Positions 25,915 through 36,104 of a stretch of 44,496 bases of DNA are shown in pieces. How positions within the stretch are numbered: the first letter of the stretch is position 1; each line of letters starts with the position of its first letter. Under the pieces are notes generated by a model that saw only the letters and a program-made list of their open reading frames with translations, made no database searches and was not told the origin of the DNA. A program made the position numbers and the translations under genes. Source of the stretch: Oligoflexales bacterium (lineage in GTDB: Bacteria > Bdellovibrionota_B > Oligoflexia > Oligoflexales > Bog-1112); NCBI GenBank assembly GCA_045106415.1, contig JBGCEP010000031.1:1-44496 (forward strand). Reading direction: 5' to 3'.

Positions 25915-27143
25915 ATATGTTCATTTTTATCACACTTATGATAACAGGGTGTTTTCAAGCCTCTGCACCTCCTCCTGCTCGTGTACATACAGACGTGTCT
26001 AAAAATATTGATCAAAAATTAGAATCGCAACCAACTGAGGAGCAAAGGGCTTCAATTCAAACTTCAGAGAAAAATCAAACACCTTATGAAATCATAGAAC
26101 AAAAGCTTGAAGAAATTCAGATTCAAATAGAAAGAGAGCCTTTTACAACAAAGTCTGAATACTGGCCATCGTTTCAGTTTTCTATCAATCATAATGAAGG
26201 ATTTGTTGAAATTATGAGGTGCCACGGGAATTTTGAATTTAAACTTTTGACAGGAGATTTTATTTTCCCAGAGGGGAGTTCTTATGCTGATAAAAATTTG
26301 CAAAGCTTTGAACTTGAAGGGGCTTGGAAAAAAGCTTTTGATGATGAGAGGTCATGTAGCCTTATCTCACAAGGGACAGGGGTTTTAACTGTACAAGATG
26401 TCGCAGCAACGGACGGGACATTTTATTATATCTTAAATCCATGTGTGCCGGACTTTTCTTTGAAGGATGGTCAACGGTGTAGTTATAAATTAGTGAGAAC
26501 CGAATTTGTGATCGATTTTGAAAATACCGTCACAAAAGATCTTAGTCAATTGGGGAAAGATCTTGCTGAAGCTGAGACGTTATTAAATGAAAGATTTGGG
26601 CGTTTGAAAGTTGAGGCGAAAAAAATTATTAGAGCTTTAGAGTCTTGTGAAAATGTTCAAACCCACGAAATGGCACAGAAATCATTTTTAACAGGCCTGA
26701 CGCAGTTGGCTGCAACAGCAACAGGAGCTGTGATTGGTGGGGTTTTAGGGGGGCCACAGGGTGCTGTCATAGCAGGGCAGCTTCTCGGTACGGTGGGAAC
26801 CCTTGTGGGTTCAATTGCTTTTCCCCCTTCGCAAGATGAATGTGCTATTGAAGCTCGAGATTCTTGGGCTCGATTTGAGCTTTTGTGGGAAGGAGATGCC
26901 CAAAGCCCTGGTGTTTCCGATATGGTCCAGCAAGCAAGTCTTATGCAGTCTGAGCTTAACCAGAGTTATTGCGAGTACCGATCTAATAATGCGGAAATTC
27001 TTGGGGATAGCATTCAGCAGGATCACTATAAGTGTGATGTTGGAGGAGAAGCTGTCCTCGAAGAGGAGGTTGAAACAGTCCCTAATGATGAAAAAGGTAG
27101 CGATGAACAAGAAAGCGTTGAACAAGAAAGCGTTGAACAGTAA
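25911..27143 (+). CDS. Hypothetical lipoprotein, paralogue of the preceding gene, with glycine-zipper hairpin
   Basis: ITGC lipobox; FVEIMRC, DVAATDGTFYYILNPC, ALESC, ATGAVIGGVLGGPQGAVIAGQLLGTVGTLVG. Confidence 0.75.
   Translation: MNMFIFITLMITGCFQASAPPPARVHTDVSKNIDQKLESQPTEEQRASIQTSEKNQTPYEIIEQKLEEIQIQIEREPFTTKSEYWPSFQFSINHNEGFVEIMRCHGNFEFKLLTGDFIFPEGSSYADKNLQSFELEGAWKKAFDDERSCSLISQGTGVLTVQDVAATDGTFYYILNPCVPDFSLKDGQRCSYKLVRTEFVIDFENTVTKDLSQLGKDLAEAETLLNERFGRLKVEAKKIIRALESCENVQTHEMAQKSFLTGLTQLAATATGAVIGGVLGGPQGAVIAGQLLGTVGTLVGSIAFPPSQDECAIEARDSWARFELLWEGDAQSPGVSDMVQQASLMQSELNQSYCEYRSNNAEILGDSIQQDHYKCDVGGEAVLEEEVETVPNDEKGSDEQESVEQESVEQ
27104..27139 (+). repeat. 15-bp coding tandem repeat (EQESV, about 2.4 copies)
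   Basis: TGAACAAGAAAGCGT TGAACAAGAAAGCGT TGAACA. Confidence 0.9.
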
Positions 27144-27169
27144 ACCGTCGTTTTTTTATTAATGGATTT

Positions 27170-28130
27170 TGTATAGAACGCCTATTTACCGGTGTCCTTC
27201 CTTTTGGGTGATTTTTAGTTTTTTTTTTCAGAGTTAAGATTCGTGGAAATTTTTTAAGTTTCTTCAAGTAATATCGACATGGTCTTGATCCAGAACTTTT
27301 TTCATCAGTTGATCATGCTGCAAGGCGATGGATACCTAAATTCAGATCGATACTCCTTGAAGCGTATAGATTCACTTATACGAACCTCACAGAGTTGAGA
27401 AATTTTGACAGTTACCATGGACGATTAGAGCGTGATCTTCTTCTTAAGATGGCGGCGTCTTCCATCGTGACCAGCGGAGAACACGGTCATCAAAGTGATG
27501 GCACCCTCAGCAAGTTCTTGTTTAGGTGATATTTTCATAGGATGACCGAATAAAATCACTTCTGCTCCAAAAACTTACATATCTTGAAAAATAATTTCAC
27601 TTCCAAGGCGTATAAGTCGGTCTTTAATGTGTCAAAGTTAGAGACTCAACCTGTTCACTTAAAATCATTCTAATCACTTTTTGAAGTATTTTTTCTTATA
27701 TTTAAGGCTGTTTTTTAGATTGTAAATAACTTTTTGTGATAAAGATATATCTGTGTTTAAGTGCGTCTTTAGTCGATGCGCTTGCTGAACAAGGTTCTGC
27801 CTTTGATCTGATGAGCTGAAGCGGGCATATCCAAGGCGGATTCTTTTTAAAGACCGTTGTTTCTTACCAACAAATTTTAAAACACCTTGATAATCATATC
27901 TGTGGTGACCACCAGGTGTTTTGTATGACAGTTCTAAGGTTTTTTTCATCCTACTAGCGAAGATTTGAGATAGAAACCCTAAGCATTATAGCTGCTGTTT
28001 TCAGTAGAAATACCTGCCTTGACAACCCTCATCATTGTTTTCATGAGATTAAACATTGCGTTAAATGAGAAAATCAACAGAAATCACCGGATAGTTGAAA
28101 AGCAGGAATTAGATCTATTGGGAATGTAAA
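27170..28130 (-). mobile_element. Decayed IS607-family element (tnpA serine recombinase plus tnpB fragments)
   Basis: TAAIMLRVSISNLR**DEK, TPGGHHRY, GYARFSSSDQ, KDRLIRLG, LMTVFSA (TnpA, about 27430-28025). Downstream IDLNLGIHRLA*STDE and KKLKKFPRIL (TnpB RuvC-I/helix). Boundaries approximate. Confidence 0.8.
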
Positions 28131-28389
28131 TGTATAGGCTTTAGGACAGCAGCTTCCGCCTAAATTACAGAAGTTATTCAGAATTTTTGGATGAAGGCTC
28201 ATTGCTTTATTTTATAAGACTTTCTGTATTTTTAGACTATTCCTTAAAGTGTGACTTGCGTTTCTTTCAGTGATCAGTACCATCGCACCCATGAGGTGTT
28301 TTGTTGTTTGAGCTGGATTTTTAGATTTTGAGAGTTTCAGACAAGATTATGCCTTTGGAAATATCAATTAAAGAAAGAAAGTCTTTGTC

Positions 28390-30639
28390 ATGTTGCACCG
28401 AATTCATAAACTTGACGACAGTGTTATCAATAAGATAGCCGCTGGAGAAATCGTAGATAGACCGGCAAGTGTTCTTAAAGAGCTTCTTGAAAATGCGTCT
28501 GACGCTGGTGCCAGCGAGCTTGTTGTTGAACTTGATGAAGGAGGGAAGGTCCGACTTTCTGTGATTGATAATGGCTGCGGTATTGCTGAGCATGATATTC
28601 CTCTTGCTCTCACCCGTCACGCGACAAGTAAAATTCATGGTGTTGATGATTTATTTGAAATAAAAACTATGGGTTTTCGAGGTGAGGCCTTGGCTTCTAT
28701 TGCTTCGGTGAGCCGTTTAAGTGTGAAAACCCATGCGCAAGATGCTCAAGCCATATGTGTTCAGTCTGAGGGAGGATCAGAGCCTGAAATCACACCCTGG
28801 AACGGTGCTGTGGGTACACAGATACATGTTCAAGATCTTTTTTATAATGTTCCTGCTCGCGCTCGGTTTTTGAAATCTGCACAAGTTGAATATGGTCATT
28901 GTCTCGAGTTGATTCACGCTTTCACGCTTTCGAATCCTCAGATGAAAATGACTTTGAAGCATAATGGAAAACAGACTTTTATAGCTGAAGCGGTTTGTGG
29001 TGAAAGTAAAGAGTGGTTTGGTGCGGAAGCTGTAAAGAAACGTGCAGCATCTGTTTTTGGCTTGGCGACTGCAGATAAAATGCTTTATGTAAAAAAAGAA
29101 GGGACTTACGGACGGTGTGAAGGTCTAGTAGCTCCTCCTGGAGTGGATCGTTCGAATGGAAAGCTTATTTTTAGTTTTTTAAATAAGAGGTGGGTTCGTG
29201 ATCCTGTCCTTCGGTATGGTCTTTTGCGTGGCTATCATAGCCATTTACTGAAAGGTCGTTTTCCTATTGCAGCACTGTGGGTGAGCTCAGATCCAGGCCT
29301 TGTGGACGTCAATGTTCATCCCAATAAAACTGAACTTCGTTTTCAGTATGGTAAAGAGCTACAAACAATAATAGCTGAAGGTGTTCGTGAAGCTCTCCGT
29401 TCAACAGAATGGTCAGAGCCTACTCAAAGAACAAAAGTCATTGCCGAGACACTGCTGAAACAACAGCCTTTTTCAAAGAAGAACACAACAGCAGCAGAGG
29501 ACGCAGTACGTGAATTTCCTTTAGCAGTACCTCAACCTGTTCACCGGGGTTCATCTTTAGAGTCCTCTTCGGTGCTGGTAAACGATCCAACTCGATCGCA
29601 AAAATTGAAGACTTCTTTTCTGCCTTCCACGGAGGAAAAATCGCTTCATAACCAGTTTCCTGTGACTCGCACTGAACCGAAAGCTGTTGAAAAATCAACC
29701 GAAGAACACTGTGCACAAGAATCAGAACCTATTGAGTCTTTAAAATCAACGAAAATTGAGAAGCCTCAAATCACAAAGGGTCAACAAGAAGTACAGTTAA
29801 GCACACACCGTAACTGTGAAGAGAGAAAGAAGCCCTCTGCTTTTAAAGATCAAGCCGACTCTTCTGAAGTTGACCCGGTTGCTTTTCCTCAAAAAACTGA
29901 GATCAAGCCGGGTTTTAAATCTCAACCTCAGCCTCAAGCTTCGTTTGAAGTGGGGCAGCCGGAAAAGATTCAAAACGACCTTCCTCCAGTGACACGGAGA
30001 CAAGGGGCGGTTAGCCTTTTCGACGATCAACCTGCAACGATAATGAAAAATACACAAAAAACTCAAATTTCTTGGGATAAATTGCAATATCTTGGAACCT
30101 TTGCAAAGTGTTATTTGATGTTTCAAGATCATGAAGAACGTTTTCTTTGTGTAGATCAGCACGCCCTCCATGAGCGTATTCTATATGAAAAACTACAAGC
30201 CGACGCTTCTTTACTCCGACAATCTCAAAGATTGATTGTACCTGAAGTTGTTGAGTTGACGGCACTGCAAGTAGCGCAACTTGAAGAGTTTGAACAAGAG
30301 CTAAAAGAGATGGGTTTTTCGATCAGATTTTCAGGAGGCCGTTGCATAGAGGTTATGAACATTCCTTCGATTTTAGGCCAAGCCGACTTAACCTCAGTCT
30401 TTGGAGATTTGGCGAAAAGTCAGGGTCTTGATGACCTTTCTGTACTTGCACATCATACGTTGGCAACGATTGCGTGCCACAGTGCTGTCCGAGCTGGAGA
30501 TGAGCTTGGTGAGCAACAGCTGCAAGGACTGTTGGCCCAAGCAAAAGATGTTGACTTTTTTCATAATTGTCCTCACGGCAGGCGTGTTTTGAGGTGGTTC
30601 ACAAAGAAAGATGTAGAAGGCTGGTTTGATCGAATCTAA
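28390..30639 (+). CDS. mutL: DNA mismatch repair endonuclease MutL
   Basis: KIAAGEIVDRPASVLKELLEN, GFRGEALASI, DVNVHP, DQHALHERILYE, ACH, CPHGR; long low-complexity linker. Confidence 0.97.
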   Translation: MLHRIHKLDDSVINKIAAGEIVDRPASVLKELLENASDAGASELVVELDEGGKVRLSVIDNGCGIAEHDIPLALTRHATSKIHGVDDLFEIKTMGFRGEALASIASVSRLSVKTHAQDAQAICVQSEGGSEPEITPWNGAVGTQIHVQDLFYNVPARARFLKSAQVEYGHCLELIHAFTLSNPQMKMTLKHNGKQTFIAEAVCGESKEWFGAEAVKKRAASVFGLATADKMLYVKKEGTYGRCEGLVAPPGVDRSNGKLIFSFLNKRWVRDPVLRYGLLRGYHSHLLKGRFPIAALWVSSDPGLVDVNVHPNKTELRFQYGKELQTIIAEGVREALRSTEWSEPTQRTKVIAETLLKQQPFSKKNTTAAEDAVREFPLAVPQPVHRGSSLESSSVLVNDPTRSQKLKTSFLPSTEEKSLHNQFPVTRTEPKAVEKSTEEHCAQESEPIESLKSTKIEKPQITKGQQEVQLSTHRNCEERKKPSAFKDQADSSEVDPVAFPQKTEIKPGFKSQPQPQASFEVGQPEKIQNDLPPVTRRQGAVSLFDDQPATIMKNTQKTQISWDKLQYLGTFAKCYLMFQDHEERFLCVDQHALHERILYEKLQADASLLRQSQRLIVPEVVELTALQVAQLEEFEQELKEMGFSIRFSGGRCIEVMNIPSILGQADLTSVFGDLAKSQGLDDLSVLAHHTLATIACHSAVRAGDELGEQQLQGLLAQAKDVDFFHNCPHGRRVLRWFTKKDVEGWFDRI

Positions 30640-31525
30640 AACAATCGCCATAGTTGGTCCAACTGCAAGCGGAAAAAGCCAACTTGCTTTAGCATTAGCA
30701 CGAGAATTGAATGGTGAAATTGTCAGTTGTGACTCTGTTCAAGTGTATAGAGGCTTTGATATTGGTTCTGCAAAACCGACGTTAGATGAGCAGCACTCTA
30801 TTGTGCACCATATGATCGATATTCTTGATCCGCAGGAAAAAATGGATGCAGCCGTTTATGCAAGAAGCGCACAACAAGCCATTGCTAACGTGAAAGCGAA
30901 AGGTAAAGTTCCAATCTTAGTTGGTGGAACAGGTCTTTATTTTCGCGCTTTATGTGGAGAAAAGTTTCATGATTTGCCAACAGATCTAAATCTTAAAATA
31001 GAATTGTCTCAAAAAAACTGTGAAACTCTTTATGATGAGCTGTCTCAATCAGACCCTGAAAGAGCTCAGAAAATCCACAAGAATGATCATTTTCGACTTG
31101 TGAGAGCTGTCGAAATTTTTCGTCTTACACAAATGAAGATGACTGACTTGACCGCAGAGGTGAAAAAAGAAAACCTAGATTTTTTCACTTGGGCTCTTAT
31201 TCCAGATAGAAAATGTCTTCATCAACGTATTGAAAATCGATCTGTAGAGATGTTGCGAGGTGGCCTTGTAGAAGAGGTTGAAAATCTCCTTGAAAAAAAG
31301 TGCCCAGAAGACGCTTGGCCATTTCAAAGTATAGGGTATAAGCAAGTTTTGAATTGGATTCAAGGTGGAAAATGCGAGTCTTTTGATCAGCTTTCTGAAA
31401 AAATTATGATTGCAACACGACAATACGCAAAAAGACAGTGTACTTGGTTTCGAAATTATAGAAGAATTGAAGAAGAAACTCTTTCACAGCGTGTCGATAT
31501 CATTCGAAAAACGGTTGTCTTTTAA
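30626..31525 (+). CDS. miaA: tRNA dimethylallyltransferase MiaA
   Basis: GPTASGKS, DSVQVYRGFDIGSAKP, VGGTGLY, TRQYAKRQ.TWF; follows mutL. Confidence 0.97.
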   Translation: MIESKTIAIVGPTASGKSQLALALARELNGEIVSCDSVQVYRGFDIGSAKPTLDEQHSIVHHMIDILDPQEKMDAAVYARSAQQAIANVKAKGKVPILVGGTGLYFRALCGEKFHDLPTDLNLKIELSQKNCETLYDELSQSDPERAQKIHKNDHFRLVRAVEIFRLTQMKMTDLTAEVKKENLDFFTWALIPDRKCLHQRIENRSVEMLRGGLVEEVENLLEKKCPEDAWPFQSIGYKQVLNWIQGGKCESFDQLSEKIMIATRQYAKRQCTWFRNYRRIEEETLSQRVDIIRKTVVF

Positions 31526-31689
31526 ATATTTTTATTTGTTTGTTATTTGCGACTTGAGCTGTAACAAAATGATTTTTCTTTTGTTTTTGAGTGTGATACT
31601 TTGATGCAAATGTTGGTTTGAGCTTTGTGCTAAATTACAGGCTGTAAATGAATGTGAAACACAAAACCTTGTGAATAGTGAGTCGACTT

Positions 31690-32667
31690 ATGAAGAATAA
31701 GATTGTTGTGGGATCTGTGGCCTTGTGTGTTGTTTTACTCGGCGTTTATTGGATGCAAAATAAGCATCATGAAGACATGCTCAATGATGAGGCTTCTCAT
31801 ACTGAAGCTTCTGATCATCCTGTTGATATGAGTCTTTATCGAAGTAAGGGAAGCCGCAGTAAAGGAGATACCGTTTCTGCGTCTAAAAAATCTGGAGTTG
31901 ATATCACACCATCAGCGCCAAAGACTTCAACGAGAAAGAAGCGAGAAACTACAGGGTCAAGACAGATTCTTACAGGTGATCAAGTTGTTGACAACATTGT
32001 TAAGAACACAGGGCTTCAGGATCATCTTCAAGGCATTGAAAAATCTTTAGAAGAAATGATGGAAGGCATGATGGAGCTTTCCGGGAATATGGATGAAAAA
32101 GAACTTGAAAAAATTAAAGAAGTTTTAGGGGAAAATTTTGCTGCTGAGAAACTTTTAGAAGAATACCGTTCTGAGCTCAGATCTAATTTTTCTGATGATG
32201 AAATGGCTGAGCTTTCTGAAGTGTACAGCAATGAAATTGTGATTGAAGGCAAACGCCTTGAACAACAAGCGAACGAAGAAGCTAACAAATCAGTTGATGA
32301 AGTGATGGCGTTTGTCGGAAACTTAAGAACAAATCCTTTACCGCAAGAACGGGTTGATCTTTTGAAAAGGGTTGATAATGCTTTGAAAACAAGTGACCTT
32401 GCAAGTCGAGTCATGAGTGTTGAAGATGGTGAAGCAGATCCAACAACTCAAAGCATGGTTGCGGAAGGTGTTCAAGCGCAGATGGCTTATACGTACCGTA
32501 ATATGGATATGCAAGCTCTTCAGAATTACGCTGAAGCGATTGAAAAGCCAGCCGCAAAGAAGGAAAGAAATGTCTACAATAACGTTGTTGTCAATAGTAT
32601 GAAAAAGACTCATGAGGGTCTCGAATCGGTGAGCCCAATGGGTGAAGATACTGAAAATACGAACTAA
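31690..32667 (+). CDS. Membrane-anchored helical protein, DUF2059-like repeats
   Basis: N-terminal TM; NFSDDEMAELSEVYSNEI and YRNMDMQALQNY resemble DUF2059 motifs. Confidence 0.5.
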   Translation: MKNKIVVGSVALCVVLLGVYWMQNKHHEDMLNDEASHTEASDHPVDMSLYRSKGSRSKGDTVSASKKSGVDITPSAPKTSTRKKRETTGSRQILTGDQVVDNIVKNTGLQDHLQGIEKSLEEMMEGMMELSGNMDEKELEKIKEVLGENFAAEKLLEEYRSELRSNFSDDEMAELSEVYSNEIVIEGKRLEQQANEEANKSVDEVMAFVGNLRTNPLPQERVDLLKRVDNALKTSDLASRVMSVEDGEADPTTQSMVAEGVQAQMAYTYRNMDMQALQNYAEAIEKPAAKKERNVYNNVVVNSMKKTHEGLESVSPMGEDTENTN

Positions 32668-32692
32668 AATTTTTATTATCTTTGATAAAAAC

Positions 32693-32720
32693 AGCCGAGG
32701 GGTGATCTCTCGGCTTTTTT
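32693..32720 (+). terminator. Intrinsic terminator
   Basis: AGCCGAGG / TCTCGGCT followed by a T-run. Confidence 0.8.
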
Positions 32721-32784
32721 GTCTTCATATCACTTCAGTCAAGACGTGTTAATATTTTTACAAAAACAGTCTATGGGGTGCCTT

Positions 32785-33984
32785 ATGGTTCGAAGTTTTC
32801 TTCTTGTTGCGATAGGTTTTTATCTACAAGGTTGCGGGAATCAAGATGTTGTTACAGTGACAACCGATTTTAAAGCATGGAATTTATTCCAAAATAATGA
32901 CTATGCTAAAGTTCTCTCTTCTTCAGATGGGGAAATTGTTGGCCAAGTACTCGAAAGTGACTTACCTCAATGGTCTGCAACAATTCATGAAAAACTCAAT
33001 AGATGTGGTGGTTTCTTTTTAGAGGGAGCAGAAGCTGAAGGCCTCGGTTTTTTAGCTCTTTCAGATCATGAAGCATCATCGTCTGTGAGTTATCGTTATC
33101 CTGAAGTTGAAGTGCAAGAGCATATTGCTGGTGTCATGAACCAAGTGCAAGAAGCATCAATTTTAGAAATGATTGAGAAGTTGTCTGCGTTTCAGAATCG
33201 TTACTACCGTTCGCAGTACGGTGTTCAATCACAGACTCTTGTGATGGACACGTGGAAAGAGCTTGCGAAAGATCGCGAAGATATTTCTGTGGAAATGATT
33301 TCTCATCGCGGCTTTCCTCAACCTTCAGTTGTTCTTACAATTGAAGGAACAAAAAGACCAAATGAAGTTGTGGTTTTAGGTGGCCATGGAGACTCTATCG
33401 CAGGGTGGATGCCTGATCAGAACGTGGATGCGCCTGGTGCAGATGATAATGCCTCAGGGATTGCGACTCTCACAGAAGTGTTACGCCGAGTGATTGCAAA
33501 TGATTATCACCCAGAACGAACGGTTCAAGTGATGTCTTATGCTGCTGAAGAAGTAGGTCTTGTTGGATCTGCAAGGATTGCTGCACAGTATGAGCGTGAA
33601 CAAAAACAAGTGGTAGGTGTGTTGCAATTTGATATGACAAACTTCTCCGGAAGTGTTGAAGATGTTGTCTTGATGACTGATCACACAAATCCTGACTTAA
33701 CTCGTTGGACTGAAGACCTTTTAAATGCTTATCAACCAGATGTTGAGGTGGGACGTGATCAATGTGGTTATGCATGTTCAGATCATGCATCATGGACGCG
33801 GTATGGTTACCCTTCTGTGATGCCTTTTGAGTCAAGAATGGATGATCATAGCCCGCATATTCATACTAACCGAGACACGCTAGACCGTTCGGATGCAAGT
33901 GCCGGGCATGCAAAAGTTTTTGCTAAGCTTGGGGTGACTTGGATGATGGAACTCGCTGCTGCAAAAGTCTTAAGTTTTCACTGA
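32785..33984 (+). CDS. M28-family leucyl aminopeptidase (Vibrio Lap-like), lipoprotein
   Basis: LQGC lipobox; RCGGF; GGHGDS, PGADDNASG, AAEEVGLVGS, QFDMT, CGYACSDHASW, PHIHT. Confidence 0.93.
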   Translation: MVRSFLLVAIGFYLQGCGNQDVVTVTTDFKAWNLFQNNDYAKVLSSSDGEIVGQVLESDLPQWSATIHEKLNRCGGFFLEGAEAEGLGFLALSDHEASSSVSYRYPEVEVQEHIAGVMNQVQEASILEMIEKLSAFQNRYYRSQYGVQSQTLVMDTWKELAKDREDISVEMISHRGFPQPSVVLTIEGTKRPNEVVVLGGHGDSIAGWMPDQNVDAPGADDNASGIATLTEVLRRVIANDYHPERTVQVMSYAAEEVGLVGSARIAAQYEREQKQVVGVLQFDMTNFSGSVEDVVLMTDHTNPDLTRWTEDLLNAYQPDVEVGRDQCGYACSDHASWTRYGYPSVMPFESRMDDHSPHIHTNRDTLDRSDASAGHAKVFAKLGVTWMMELAAAKVLSFH

Positions 33985-34127
33985 AATAGAATAGATAGTC
34001 GTTTTTAATGTTTGTAAGATTCTAAAATAACAAAAACTATCTGGGAATTGAAAGATTTTCAGATAGTTTTTTGTTATTTGTGCCGTTATCACTTAGGTCG
34101 GCTCTTTTAGAGAAAGGTCCCGTGAGT

Positions 34128-35114
34128 ATGATGCAGAGTCATAGGGTATTTAGTAAAAGGTTGTTCGACCGGGTTATTTATAACCAGTATGGTGCGATCA
34201 GGGGGGGGCTTATACCTCTTTTTGTTATGGCTATGACCTATCTGCTCTTTGTTTTGTGTTGGATGCTTTTTTGGCAAAGAGAAACAATGCCTAGCTTGAT
34301 GCATAAGCCAATGCAACGATGGGAGCTTGCACTTCCAAACCGTTCGGATGCGGATCTTCCAGGAAAAAAACTCTTTGAGAGCCTTAAAAAAGTCTCTGCG
34401 CCTGTGTTTCAAAAAAGGTTAAAAGAAGAGATTGCAAAAGGGAATATCCCCAGTTTTTTGAGGCAGTTGGTTCCTGTTGGGATTCGTTCAGGAAAAGATA
34501 TACTTACGATTTGGACGATGTCAGACTACCTATCTGTTGGGGATGATCATGACTTTGTAAGGGTCGCGCTTGATTTACCTACAGCAAAGCTTGTTGCGCG
34601 AGAGCTTGACTTATTGCTACCAACACGAAAAATGGTGAATGCGATTTATAACAAAGCTGGGGTGAAGCTTGAGCCAAGGCACATGGAGCCAGGGCCACGC
34701 ATGACTTCTATAGAGTATATGTTGGATCATCATAAAATGATTGAAAAAGACCTCTCAAGCTTAACGACTCCAAGATTGATTGCGGGTCACAAGAAAGATT
34801 TGGTTATGAGTCCTCGGCTTTATAAAAAATCAAAGGATCGTGTGGCGATTTATGGGTGGCATCAAAAAAATGGAAAACCTATCCAGCCATTGTCTTTGTG
34901 GCATCATGAAGGTTATTACGATTATAGCCATGGCGTAAGATTTGTTGCGCGTTATGGAATTTTAAATGGCCGTATTGTTGATTTAACTGATATTTTGCAA
35001 GACCCACGTTATATTCGTCTTGTGAGTGATGAAGGTGTTTTTCCAAAAAGTCCTGAACTGTCCCTGACGCGTGGCCACCATCTTCCATGGGGGAGTATTT
35101 CGTCAAGCTTGTAA
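34128..35114 (+). CDS. Membrane-anchored conserved-looking hypothetical protein
   Basis: One TM; motifs GNIPSFLR, DYLSVG, LPTRKMV, AGHKKD, VAIYGWH, PIQP, DYSHG. Start uncertain. Confidence 0.7.
   Translation: MMQSHRVFSKRLFDRVIYNQYGAIRGGLIPLFVMAMTYLLFVLCWMLFWQRETMPSLMHKPMQRWELALPNRSDADLPGKKLFESLKKVSAPVFQKRLKEEIAKGNIPSFLRQLVPVGIRSGKDILTIWTMSDYLSVGDDHDFVRVALDLPTAKLVARELDLLLPTRKMVNAIYNKAGVKLEPRHMEPGPRMTSIEYMLDHHKMIEKDLSSLTTPRLIAGHKKDLVMSPRLYKKSKDRVAIYGWHQKNGKPIQPLSLWHHEGYYDYSHGVRFVARYGILNGRIVDLTDILQDPRYIRLVSDEGVFPKSPELSLTRGHHLPWGSISSSL
35058..35078 (+). repeat. 21-bp direct repeat, copy 1
   Basis: CTGTCCCTGACGCGTGGCCAC, identical to 38069-38089. Confidence 0.9.
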
Positions 35115-35171
35115 TTTTTTGGAGAATAGGTAGTTTTCTTCTCTGAATCTTTTAAAAAGAAGATATTTATA

Positions 35172-36104
35172 ATGATTGTTTATATTGCGACTTGTAGAGA
35201 TCTTGAAAGGTTTTTTCCATCATCGGCTGAACCTTTGTTTACTCATGATGATCAAGCACTTGTCATGGGTTTGAGGAAGAAAGGTTTTCAGGTGAAGCCC
35301 TTTCTTTGGGACGAAGACTCTCTAGGGATAATTAAGAAAAAAGACGTTATTATCATACGTTCAACTTGGAATTATATGGATTCAGATGAATCTATAGTGT
35401 CTTATGAGTGCTGGCTGAACGAAATAGAAAGAAGAAAGCTAAGAGCTTTGAACTCACCAGCTCTGATGAAATGGAATTTTAATAAATCTTATTTAAAAAG
35501 CTTTCAAGATATTGCTCCAATACTTGTCACGTCATGGTTGGATTCTGTGCCTAATGCTGTTGAGTGGTTTCGAGAACGTGGGAGTTTTGTTTTAAAGCCA
35601 CAACGAGGTGCTGCCGCAAAACATGTTTATCGAGTGCGTAATCTTGTTGAGGCAGAAAAATTAGCTGTCCTATGTCAACGCATGGATCCATACCTTTTAA
35701 AGAGCGGATGGATGTTACAACCTTATGTTGAAGGAGTGGAAATATATGGTGAACTTTCGTTAGTTTATTTTCAAGAAAGCTATAGTCATAGCGTTTTAAA
35801 GATCCCAGCTAAAGGGGATTGGAGGGTGCAAGATGAACTTGGAGGGAGTGTTTTATCTGTGGTTCCTTCACAAAAAGCAATTGAGATTGGAAACGCTGTG
35901 ATTGCTGCTCTTCCACAAAAAGCAGATTATGCAAGAGTCGATCTTATGAGAAAGGCAGAAGATGAGTATCTTTTGGGAGAGGTCGAACTTATTGAGCCCG
36001 AGTTGTTTTTTCTTGAAAGAACATTGACAGGCAATCGCGTGAATAAAAGTGCTATTGAGAGATTTGTTTCAAGTATAGGCTGTGGAATCGATTTAAAATC
36101 TTAA
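35172..36104 (+). CDS. ATP-grasp ligase (RimK/glutathione-synthetase-like)
   Basis: IRSTWNY, WNFNKSYL, VLKP, GELSL, DWRVQDELGG, YARVD, EVELIEP. Confidence 0.85.
   Translation: MIVYIATCRDLERFFPSSAEPLFTHDDQALVMGLRKKGFQVKPFLWDEDSLGIIKKKDVIIIRSTWNYMDSDESIVSYECWLNEIERRKLRALNSPALMKWNFNKSYLKSFQDIAPILVTSWLDSVPNAVEWFRERGSFVLKPQRGAAAKHVYRVRNLVEAEKLAVLCQRMDPYLLKSGWMLQPYVEGVEIYGELSLVYFQESYSHSVLKIPAKGDWRVQDELGGSVLSVVPSQKAIEIGNAVIAALPQKADYARVDLMRKAEDEYLLGEVELIEPELFFLERTLTGNRVNKSAIERFVSSIGCGIDLKS

Noticed and set aside
29400..30060. Long low-complexity insert in MutL as a possible intein or extra domain
   Set aside because: No intein terminal motifs; it sits at the normally variable inter-domain linker.
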